A DNA stretch of 64,000 bases from Minisyncoccota bacterium (GCA_021734905.1 JAIPIB010000002.1:38167-102166), one strand, 5' to 3'. Counted from the stretch's first letter, positions 10,458-18,087 are shown. Numbers and translations: made by a program. The notes: a model not told the origin generated them from the sequence alone.

Positions 10458-10863
10458 GTTTGGGTTTGTAGATGAAGATATAATCAACTTGCTCATCCCA
10501 AGGCTGTCTTTTAAGCACTTCACCAGATTTAAATGACATTGGTGTAGCAACACCAATGCGAAGCCAACCCTTTGGTATACGAGAAAGGAATCTGTCATAC
10601 CACCCACCACCACGCCCATGTCGCGTGCCTGATGAATCAAATGCAGTACCGGGCACAAGCACACACATTCGTCTTCCTTTGGCAAATTTTATACAGGTAT
10701 CCGCCCACTCAATTGGATCAATATGAGAATCGTTGGGTGTAACAATACTGTCCTCACTACGGTATAGCATAGAAAGAGGCAATAAATCTGGCTCATTGAA
10801 AAACGGCACATAGAGTACTACACCGTGACAAAGGGAAATCTCTGGTATTGATTCAAGTATCAT
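10402..10863 (-). CDS. 5-formyltetrahydrofolate cyclo-ligase (MTHFS) family
   Basis: VLYVPFFNEPDLLPL and VPGTAFDSSGTRHGRGGGWYDRFL match the MTHFS signature (G.G.GYYDR). The start is set at ATG 10863 because a minus-strand terminator (10878-10906) lies inside the longer TTG-initiated track ORF. The N-terminus is shorter than in typical MTHFS. Confidence 0.65.
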   Translation of the reverse strand: MILESIPEISLCHGVVLYVPFFNEPDLLPLSMLYRSEDSIVTPNDSHIDPIEWADTCIKFAKGRRMCVLVPGTAFDSSGTRHGRGGGWYDRFLSRIPKGWLRIGVATPMSFKSGEVLKRQPWDEQVDYIFIYKPKLTSWDVCEALPKRFCIDM

Positions 10864-10877
10864 ATTAATAACTATAT

Positions 10878-10906
10878 AAAAAAATGCCGAGGTTGAGAAC
10901 CTCGGC
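10878..10906 (-). terminator. rho-independent terminator after the ATP-grasp gene
   Basis: On the minus strand: gccgaggttctcaacctcggc followed by ttttttt. Confidence 0.6.
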
Positions 10907-10925
10907 AAACTCAAACACTGACTCC

Positions 10926-11936
10926 TTAGACGTCGAGACTCTTAAGTACTTTCGAGTAAAGCTGTTCGACTATCTTCTGCTGGTCAATTCCATTGCGTGA
11001 GTAGTGGTCGAGTCCTGGTGCGGCGTTTATTTCGAGTACCCAATACTGCTTTGACTCTTCAGTGATATCACCACAGATCATGAGGTCAACTCCACAAAGA
11101 CGGAGGCCCATGTCCCGAGTCAGTGACACCGCGAGTGCTCGATACGTAGGATGCACGACACTTGTGACATCGACAGCCTCACCACCGGAAGAGAGATTTG
11201 CATTGTCGAGGAGGAACACCTTCCTGCCCTTCGCGACAACACTCTCGAACGTACAACCATCTCGCGCGAGCTTTTCCTTAATGCGTGGATCATCGAGCAC
11301 AATTTGCGTATCACGCCCCATTCGCGAAAATGAACGTTGCTTCCTGAGGAGAAGCTCGCGTACAGTCCTCTTTCCATCACCTACAACAGAAAGCGGGATA
11401 CGCTCGTACGCTGAAATGACGTCTCCGTCGAGCACCACGATGCGGTAGTCTTTGCCAAAGACAGGGTTCTGCACAAGCACGATGCGATCGTTCTTGAAGA
11501 CTGCGCGTACCGCACGGTAAAACGCACGTTTTGTGTGCACGAGTGCCACATCAGTCCCTTGGCTTCCACTGTTTGGCTTCACAATGACCGGAAGACCAAG
11601 CTTCTGGGCATGAGCATACGCCTCATCAATGCCACGCCGCCTCGCATGAATTGCCTTACACCAGTCATCACGGAAGAACGTCTTGCTTCCCGGAACAACT
11701 GGATAGCCCAGTTTGACCATAAAAAAGTTCGCATAATCCTTGTCTTTCGCAACATCCGATGCGCCTACTGGATTGAGGTCAAGCGTGTTGTACCTGAAAT
11801 ACGTCCGCCTTCCACTCTTAAAGGTGATCTGCCCTACGATACGCCACTCTGGTTCGAGGAGTACCTTCGCCCCAATCTTTGGGGCAATTTTTTGGAGCAT
11901 TTCCCCAAGTACAAGTGATTCGCTTTTCTTTTTCAT
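10926..11936 (-). CDS. stand-alone ATP-grasp ligase homologous to the cyanophycin-synthetase (CphA) ATP-grasp domain / RimK-like
   Basis: LGLPVIVKPNSGSQGTDVALV, YRIVVLDGDVISAYERIPLSVVGDGKRTVRELL, DNANLSSGGEAVDVTSVVHP and VLEINAAPGL align block-for-block with the CphA G-domain (PVVIKPLDGNHGRGITINV, HRVLVVNGKLVAVAERIPAHVTGDG, ATANLSTGGIAIDRTDDIHP, IVEVNAAPG). No Mur-ligase M-domain is present. Confidence 0.75.
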   Translation of the reverse strand: MKKKSESLVLGEMLQKIAPKIGAKVLLEPEWRIVGQITFKSGRRTYFRYNTLDLNPVGASDVAKDKDYANFFMVKLGYPVVPGSKTFFRDDWCKAIHARRRGIDEAYAHAQKLGLPVIVKPNSGSQGTDVALVHTKRAFYRAVRAVFKNDRIVLVQNPVFGKDYRIVVLDGDVISAYERIPLSVVGDGKRTVRELLLRKQRSFSRMGRDTQIVLDDPRIKEKLARDGCTFESVVAKGRKVFLLDNANLSSGGEAVDVTSVVHPTYRALAVSLTRDMGLRLCGVDLMICGDITEESKQYWVLEINAAPGLDHYSRNGIDQQKIVEQLYSKVLKSLDV

Positions 11937-12082
11937 GATTTCTCCTGAGATTGTTGATTGTTGGGTGAGTTAGATTTGTGAACAGACTCTTTCTGCATGT
12001 AAAATGCCATAAAATATAAATTTAGTCAACTGCACCGTAATGTTTCAATACCTTTGCAACACTAAGTTGTATATTGAAACAT

Positions 12083-12801
12083 ATGGCAAAAAACAACTTC
12101 AAAAGACTTAGTTATCTACCAGACAAAATCTGGTGCTCTTGAACTGCGTGGGGATTTTGAGAAGGAAACAATTTGGGCCAGCCTCGATCAAATCGCAGGA
12201 GTTTTTGGTCGGAATAAGTCAGTAATTTCAAGACACCTTAAAAACATTTTTTTGGAGGGCAAATTAGATCGCAACTCAGTTGTTGCAAAAAATGCAACAA
12301 CTGCCAGTGATGGGAAAACTTATCAAGGAGTTTGCTTCAACGTGGGTTTCCCTTGATGTATATGATAAGGAAGAGTTTGAACTGAAAGGAATCACAAAGA
12401 AGAAAGTATCACTCGTAAGCAGTGACCTTTTGTCTGCAATCGGTGATTTGAGAAAGGAATTAGTGAAGAAGAAGGAAGCAACTGAGATGTTTGCATCTGA
12501 ACGTAGGGAAGGGAATATTGAAGGTATTGTCGGAAATGTCATGCAGTCATTCGGAGGTAAGGCAATGTATCCCACAGTTGAAGAGAAGGCCGCTCACCTG
12601 CTCTACTTCATGGTAAAGAACCACCCATTCACCGATGGCAACAAGCGTTCAGGAGCATTTGCATTCATCTGGTTTCTCAGGAAGACCGGTGCGAAGTGAA
12701 GTAGACAAATCAATCCTCCTGCTCTCACACTCCTCATTGCAGAAAGCGACCCATCAAAGAAAGATCAAATGGTCGCCCTCGTAACCCAAATGCTACGGTA
12801 G
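12083..12801 (+). pseudogene. RhuM-family (Fic/Doc-like) gene, disrupted by two frameshifts and an in-frame TGA
   Basis: The C-terminal frame (ASERREGNIEGIVGNVMQSFGGKAMYPTVEEKAAHLLYFMVKNHPFTDGNKRSGAFAFIWFL) matches the RhuM/Doc motif HPFxDGNKR. The N-terminal RhuM block (LVIYQTKSGALELRGDFEKETIWASLDQIAGVFGRNKSVISRHLKNIF) is in another frame. The ATG at 12083 is out of frame across an A6 run (12088-12093). TGA at 12697-12699 interrupts the frame, and homology continues (ALTLLIAESDPSKKDQMVALVTQMLR) to a stop at 12801. Confidence 0.6.
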
Positions 12802-12810
12802 TATCGCTCT

Positions 12811-12850
12811 GAGGCGTGTTGTCTTCGGCAAGACGCCTCTCTTCTTTTAT
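12811..12850 (+). terminator. terminator after the RhuM pseudogene
   Basis: gaggcgt...acgcctc stem followed by tcttcttttat. Confidence 0.5.
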
Positions 12851-12865
12851 ACTTTAGAGAGAATT

Positions 12866-13483
12866 ATGAAAACTGAATTTAATAAGAAAATACTACTTAA
12901 GTACGTTCCCATATACGATGCAAATTTGTCTCTTGCATCAGGTGTCACGCTATCAGACGCTGAAATTTCTGAAGGATATGAATACTGCACACTCTTTGAA
13001 AAAGAGTGGAATTCTGTTGCTCAAGTTCTTGAATATTACACCTCATTAGGATTCAATCTCCCTAATCAGACTCCTGCGTATCTAACTCATCCGAGGGGAA
13101 CCTTTACTCCATTTTCTGACCCCCTTACTCTTCATATAAAGGAGGACAAGGATGATGTTTTGGCGACACTGATTCATGAGTATTGCCATGTACTTTTTCT
13201 ATATCACAAGAACGATATTTTGTCAGACAAAATCTGGAACGCGGTACAAAAAGCATTCCCAACCGAAGATTTTGGTACTCAAGATCACATCACGATAAAC
13301 AAGCTCGCCGAAGGCGGTTTGTATTATTTATGGGGAAGGGAGAAGACAGATGCGATTCTCTCGAAGGAGAGAGCCATGCCTGGTCTCGAGCGAGCGTGGA
13401 AAATACTAGATTCAGCTGAATTAAGGAATACCAACCCTGTTGAAGCAATACTTGAGCTTTGCGCCCAACAGTCTGGAAAATAA
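12866..13483 (+). CDS. hypothetical HExxH-motif protein (putative SprT-like metallohydrolase)
   Basis: 205 aa, no TM. Single HEYCH motif (LIHEYCHVLF). Family not firmly recognised. Confidence 0.45.
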   Translation: MKTEFNKKILLKYVPIYDANLSLASGVTLSDAEISEGYEYCTLFEKEWNSVAQVLEYYTSLGFNLPNQTPAYLTHPRGTFTPFSDPLTLHIKEDKDDVLATLIHEYCHVLFLYHKNDILSDKIWNAVQKAFPTEDFGTQDHITINKLAEGGLYYLWGREKTDAILSKERAMPGLERAWKILDSAELRNTNPVEAILELCAQQSGK

Positions 13484-13503
13484 TTCAGCAACAATCTGAA
13501 TAC

Positions 13504-14079
13504 ATGAAAACTTTATACATTACATACACGCATGGTGATGAGCATCCACCATATGAGATACCAAACGCGCTTGTTGCAAATCCTTTAGCAAGGGAACGAA
13601 ATTTGCGATACATTGAAACTGACCTGAACAGAAGTTTTGGTGTAAAGACACCGGTCTCATATGAAGAAAAAAGAGCTGTTGAATTGGAGGAGATGCTCAA
13701 CGACTATGATCTTGTTGTCGATATTCACAGAACAACAGCACAAACAAAATTTTGTGGCATTGTCACAAAATCTGATGATGCAGTGTATGTACTACCATAT
13801 GGTGTAAGTGCTGTAGTTCTCGTTGAGAATATTCAAAATTCACTTATTTCAAGAGCAAAGCATGGTATAGCATTAGAGTACCCATATGCATATTCGTTGC
13901 ATACTGGTAGCGTTCCACTGTATCGAGTTAAAAAGTTTGTTACTGCAGAACCACACTGGATCGATTTTGAAGAAACCGAACAGGGAATACCATACTTAGT
14001 AAACGAAAAGGCATACCATGGAAAATGTTTTTTACTTGAAAAAATCCATCCAAACATCAACTCAAATTTAAGGGAATAA
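13504..14079 (+). CDS. AstE/AspA (succinylglutamate desuccinylase/aspartoacylase) family zinc hydrolase-like protein
   Basis: The in-frame ATG at 13504 (MKTLYITYTHGDEH) gives the N-terminal metal-binding HG(D/N)E motif. DLNRSFG matches the DLNR motif of the AstE/AspA-M14 fold. Confidence 0.5.
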   Translation: MKTLYITYTHGDEHPPYEIPNALVANPLARERNLRYIETDLNRSFGVKTPVSYEEKRAVELEEMLNDYDLVVDIHRTTAQTKFCGIVTKSDDAVYVLPYGVSAVVLVENIQNSLISRAKHGIALEYPYAYSLHTGSVPLYRVKKFVTAEPHWIDFEETEQGIPYLVNEKAYHGKCFLLEKIHPNINSNLRE

Positions 14080-14172
14080 ATTTATTTAAGGGAATATAAT
14101 CTTAATCTCAAAAGACTAAATTTTGACATGATACAATGTCGAGCATGCTTCGACATAAAGTGCATGTATGCA

Positions 14173-14229
14173 TATGACTTGGTTTTTCTTCACGCTCATT
14201 GCTCCGTTTTGTTTAAAATTGTATTTGTA
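14173..14229 (+). pseudogene. remnant of a DMT/EamA transporter N-terminus
   Basis: Translation MTWFFFTLIAPFCLKLYL* is nearly identical to the N-terminus of the DMT paralog at 16352 (MSWFFFTLIGPFLYAL), then reaches a stop. Confidence 0.45.
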
Positions 14230-14356
14230 AAGAGAAAATGGAACATTCACGATGTTACCAAACAGCACTTTAAGTAGGGCTTTTCTTCATATTGCAATGA
14301 ACTAAAATATATGGTATAATATATTTAGTCAACTTGATCCTTGAAAGGAGTCTGAA

Positions 14357-15280
14357 ATGAACCAAAGTTGGTTTCTGATGGCACTGGTGCCACCGTTACT
14401 GTACGCAGTAACGAATCATATCGACAGAAACCTACTTGGAATTTATTTCAAGGAAGGTGGCGTCGGTACCCTCGTAATAGTCTCATCACTTCTGTCGGTC
14501 ATCCCAATTCCAATTTTCTTATGGGTAGATTCGTCAGTACTGAGTGTTGGCATAGAAAATATGCCAGCATTAGCATTTGCCGGCCTGCTTAATGTAGGTC
14601 TCATCTGGTTTTACCTGAAAGCAATGCAGGATGAGGAGCCAACAGTCGTGATCATCTTCTATTCACTTGTACCAGTACTGGGGCTTGTGTTTGGATATTT
14701 TATTCTCGATGAAACGATTAGCCATATGCAACTCATAGCAATGGCAATAATCATCGTCGGAACAGCACTTGTCTCCTTCGAAATCGGTGAAGCAAATAAC
14801 TTGACGCTGAGAGTCAGTACCCTTGTGAATATGGTTATTGCTTGCACCTGTTGGGCGCTTGAGATGGTGGTGCTCAAAAAAGTTGCACTTGAAGAAAATA
14901 TGTGGAGATCATTATTCTGGGAACATTCCATGATGGTGGTTGTGGGAATCCTCATCTTCATTTTTGTGCCAAAGTACCGTTATCATTTCATGATTGCACT
15001 ACGAAGTAATTCAAAGGCGATCCTATCCCTCAACGCTACCAATGAGGTTCTCTACATCATCGGAAACGTTGTCGGAGCATTTGCATCAATGATGGCGCCA
15101 GTTGCCCTTGTACTCTTGGCACAGCCATTCCAATCGATTTTTGTGTTTGGGATTGCTGTATTTCTAACCAGCTATTTTCCCCGCTTTTCCGCAGAAAAGA
15201 CGGAATTCAAGCACATGCTACAAAAGTTGCTTGCAATCTGTGTGACTGGTATGGGGACATACTTACTCCTAACGTCATAG
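14357..15280 (+). CDS. DMT-superfamily (EamA-like) permease, paralog A
   Basis: 307 aa, 10 TM helices, duplicated EamA architecture. About 50% identical to the ORF at 16352. SD aaaggag before the ATG. Promoter-like TATAAT at about 14312. Confidence 0.8.
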   Translation: MNQSWFLMALVPPLLYAVTNHIDRNLLGIYFKEGGVGTLVIVSSLLSVIPIPIFLWVDSSVLSVGIENMPALAFAGLLNVGLIWFYLKAMQDEEPTVVIIFYSLVPVLGLVFGYFILDETISHMQLIAMAIIIVGTALVSFEIGEANNLTLRVSTLVNMVIACTCWALEMVVLKKVALEENMWRSLFWEHSMMVVVGILIFIFVPKYRYHFMIALRSNSKAILSLNATNEVLYIIGNVVGAFASMMAPVALVLLAQPFQSIFVFGIAVFLTSYFPRFSAEKTEFKHMLQKLLAICVTGMGTYLLLTS

Positions 15281-15310
15281 TGCGGAGTCGGATAGCTCAT
15301 CTTAAACTCA

Positions 15311-15348
15311 AATCGCGTAGCCATAAGCTACGCGATTTTCTTTTTTTT
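15311..15348 (+). terminator. rho-independent terminator after DMT paralog A
   Basis: aatcgcgtagc cataa gctacgcgatt stem followed by ttcttttttttt. Confidence 0.7.
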
Positions 15349-15436
15349 AGTCCTTTGAGTTATCCACTGTCTCTTTAAATGCTATTGTCAAACAGCATTT
15401 TGTATTGTACAATAATTAAATTCTAATAATATTTCT

Positions 15437-16345
15437 GTGATTCCTAAATTTCCAAAATTTAAAAGCATATCTGTTGAGGACAGTAATGAAATACGTCGCT
15501 TTTCAAACCGCTTTCAACCGTATTCTTTTTTTAACTTCTCTAGTCTATGGGCATGGAACACTGAGAAAAAGTGTAAAATATCAAAGCTTAATGGTAATTT
15601 GGTGATGTTTTACACTGATTTTATAACATCGAAACCTTTCGTTACTTTTTTAGGTACGAATAAGGCTAAAGAGACGGCGGCGGAGCTCATCGAGTTTATA
15701 AAGAAGAGCAAAACTGGAGCAGCACTTCGATTCATAACAGAGGAAACAAAAACTTGTTTATTACATTCAGATTTTCATATTAAAGAAGACAGAGATAATT
15801 TTGACTATATTTTTTCAACATCAAAACTCGCTCTTTCAGAAGGTCCTGATTTTAAACAAAAACGTCAACACGCAAACAGATTTTTACGTGAAAATCCAGA
15901 CGCTCGTCTAGTACACGAAGATATGCATGATTTAGCTGTACGAAAGAAGCTTACGGGTGTAATTCGTCAATGGGAGAAAAACAAAATAGATACTAAAAAA
16001 CAATGCAATCTCAAACATGAGCAAGCGGCAATAAATCGTCTACTAAAGAATGATACCAATCGTAAACTCATTCTTTCATGTGTATATGTAGATGAAACGA
16101 TGGTTGGTTTTAGTATCGATGAGATACTTTTAAGTGGTTATGCTATGGCACACTTCATCAAAGCAGATTACTCATACAGGGGTGTTAGCGAGTATATTAA
16201 TGAAAAAGTCGCTGCTCATTTAATTACCCACGGTATTGAACTATGGAATTGGCAGCAAGATTTAAATTTTGACGGTCTTCGTAAACTTAAAATGAGTTAC
16301 CGTCCTGTGCACTTCTTAAAGACATACACCATCTCAAAAAAATAA
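15437..16345 (+). CDS. DUF2156 / MprF C-terminal-domain-like protein (putative aminoacyl-tRNA-dependent aminoacyltransferase, GNAT-pair fold)
   Basis: 302 aa, soluble. Motifs FFNFSSLWAWN, RDNFDYIF...G.DFKQKRQHANRF and C-terminal NFDGLRKLKMSYRPVHF correspond to conserved blocks of the lysyl-PG synthase domain and stand-alone DUF2156 proteins (NLYaWR, FDYIY...KKR...NRF, GLRRFKEKFKP). Recalled from memory, not searched. Confidence 0.62.
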   Translation: MIPKFPKFKSISVEDSNEIRRFSNRFQPYSFFNFSSLWAWNTEKKCKISKLNGNLVMFYTDFITSKPFVTFLGTNKAKETAAELIEFIKKSKTGAALRFITEETKTCLLHSDFHIKEDRDNFDYIFSTSKLALSEGPDFKQKRQHANRFLRENPDARLVHEDMHDLAVRKKLTGVIRQWEKNKIDTKKQCNLKHEQAAINRLLKNDTNRKLILSCVYVDETMVGFSIDEILLSGYAMAHFIKADYSYRGVSEYINEKVAAHLITHGIELWNWQQDLNFDGLRKLKMSYRPVHFLKTYTISKK

Positions 16346-16351
16346 TATTCT

Positions 16352-17272
16352 ATGAGTTGGTTCTTTTTCACACTTATCGGCCCATTTCTGTATGCGCTCA
16401 CTAACCATATAGATAAATTATTACTTGAAAAATATTTCAAGAAGAGTGGAGTAGGTACGCTTATGCTATTTTCGACACTTGTGTCGATATGCGTATTGCC
16501 ATTAATCTATTATTTCGATCAAACTGTATTTGGCGTTGGTATTAAAAATATTGCAGTATTGGCAACTGTTGCGGCTTTGAATGTTCTTGTTCTATATTTT
16601 TACCTTCTTGCACTTAAGGATGAGGAAGCTTCTATTGTGATTGTATTTTACCAACTTGTACCTGTTTTTGCATACATACTAGGATATTTCATTCTCAGTG
16701 AAACGCTAACGCAAATACAACTTATCGCAATGGCAATTGTTATTTTTGGTACAACAATTATTTCTTTTGAGATAGACGTCGAAAACAACTTCAAGCTAAG
16801 AAAAAATACTATTTTTCTTATGACCGCAGCATCTTTTTGTTGGGCATTGGGATCAGTAATTTTTAAGGCCGTTGCGCTTGAGGAAAATGTTATGCGGTCT
16901 CTTTTCTGGGAACATTTTGTTTTGGCAATAATCGGAGTTGGTATCTTTTTCTTTGCCAAGTCTTCAAGGAAACATTTCATTAAAGAAATTGAAATTAATT
17001 CCTCTTCAATACTTTCATTAAACTTCCTTAATGAATCGCTATATATACTTGGTAATTCTGTTTTTGCATACGCATTTCTTCTCGCTCCGATATCACTTAT
17101 TCTTCTAACAAATTCATTTCAGCCGATCTTCGTTTTCATTATTGGTATAATCCTAACAATTTTCTTTCCAAAAATTTCAGCTGAAAAGATTCAAGCAAAG
17201 CACCTTTGGCAAAAAGTTCTTGCCATTGCAATAACTGGAGCGGGAACATACCTCCTGTTGATTTCGTCGTAG
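16352..17272 (+). CDS. DMT-superfamily (EamA-like) permease, paralog B
   Basis: 306 aa, 10 TM helices. Co-linear with and clearly homologous to the ORF at 14357. Confidence 0.8.
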   Translation: MSWFFFTLIGPFLYALTNHIDKLLLEKYFKKSGVGTLMLFSTLVSICVLPLIYYFDQTVFGVGIKNIAVLATVAALNVLVLYFYLLALKDEEASIVIVFYQLVPVFAYILGYFILSETLTQIQLIAMAIVIFGTTIISFEIDVENNFKLRKNTIFLMTAASFCWALGSVIFKAVALEENVMRSLFWEHFVLAIIGVGIFFFAKSSRKHFIKEIEINSSSILSLNFLNESLYILGNSVFAYAFLLAPISLILLTNSFQPIFVFIIGIILTIFFPKISAEKIQAKHLWQKVLAIAITGAGTYLLLISS

Positions 17273-17364
17273 CTTAAAAACGGAATTTAACCTATTAATT
17301 AAAGAGTATGGCCCATCTGTGTATATATAAAAAATAATCAATGTCGGAATGATATAATAAGCTG

Positions 17365-17523
17365 ATGGATATGAAGTCAAGGACATTGTTTCTTTTTATG
17401 TTTGTTCTGTGTATTTTCTCTATTGCTGCTTTATATTACAAAGCTATCATTCAACAAGATTTTGACATTGTGGAGGTGTACGAAGATTCTGAGGAAAATG
17501 ACACTGAAATTGTCTCAGAATAA
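17365..17523 (+). CDS. small secreted/membrane peptide (52 aa): hydrophobic N-terminus, acidic C-terminus
   Basis: Hand translation gives MDMKSRTLFLFMFVLCIFSIAALYYKAIIQQDFDIVEVYEDSEENDTEIVSE. Not in the track. TATAAT about 10 nt upstream. Speculative. Confidence 0.3.
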   Translation: MDMKSRTLFLFMFVLCIFSIAALYYKAIIQQDFDIVEVYEDSEENDTEIVSE

Positions 17524-17534
17524 ATTTCTAATCA

Positions 17535-18077
17535 ATGAAAAAAATATCACCAAAAGCAATTAATGAGGTCCGAATCGAAATGAAACCCTCTAAAATGTTA
17601 AAGGGTGAAGTTGGCGTCTTTGCGACACGCAATCTTAAAAAGAATTCTATCGTGGCGGAAGCAAGTCAATTCTTATGTGAAAGGTTTATTCCGTGGGAAA
17701 AATATAAAGAGCTTGATCCAATTACTCAAAGGAAGGTTATGGATTATTGTTCTGGAGATGTTAAAGGTTTTTACGCTCCTCCAGATTTAAACTACTTATC
17801 TATAGCATGGCATTTAAACCACAGTTGTGAACCGAATGTTGGATTTGATGCGGGCTATAATTTTGTAGCAATGAGGAATATTAAGAAGGGAGAAGAATTG
17901 TTTTGGGATTATTGCTATGACGAATCAAATCCTGATTTCAAGATGAAATGTTCATGTGGTTCAAAAAAATGCAGAGAAGTAATTACTGGTGAAGACTGGA
18001 GAAAACTCATAAAAAATAAAAAGGCTTGGCAGTATCTATCAACTGATATTAAAAAGTTAGCAAAAAATGTTAAATAA
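17535..18077 (+). CDS. SET-domain protein (putative protein lysine methyltransferase)
   Basis: NHSCEPN and ELFWDY SET motifs, followed by post-SET cysteines (CSCGSKKCR). Confidence 0.75.
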   Translation: MKKISPKAINEVRIEMKPSKMLKGEVGVFATRNLKKNSIVAEASQFLCERFIPWEKYKELDPITQRKVMDYCSGDVKGFYAPPDLNYLSIAWHLNHSCEPNVGFDAGYNFVAMRNIKKGEELFWDYCYDESNPDFKMKCSCGSKKCREVITGEDWRKLIKNKKAWQYLSTDIKKLAKNVK

Positions 18078-18087
18078 TTCTTAGCTT

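Noticed and set aside
10864-10914. TTG-initiated N-terminal extension of the MTHFS gene
   Set aside because: The extension contains the hairpin and U-run of the terminator for the upstream ATP-grasp gene. It may still be real if read-through occurs, since the canonical MTHFS N-terminus is longer.
12697-12699. In-frame TGA in the RhuM homolog as possible evidence for UGA recoding (genetic code 25, as in some CPR lineages)
   Set aside because: All conserved housekeeping genes in the window are intact under the standard code, and recR ends with TGA. Widespread in-frame TGA codons are not seen.
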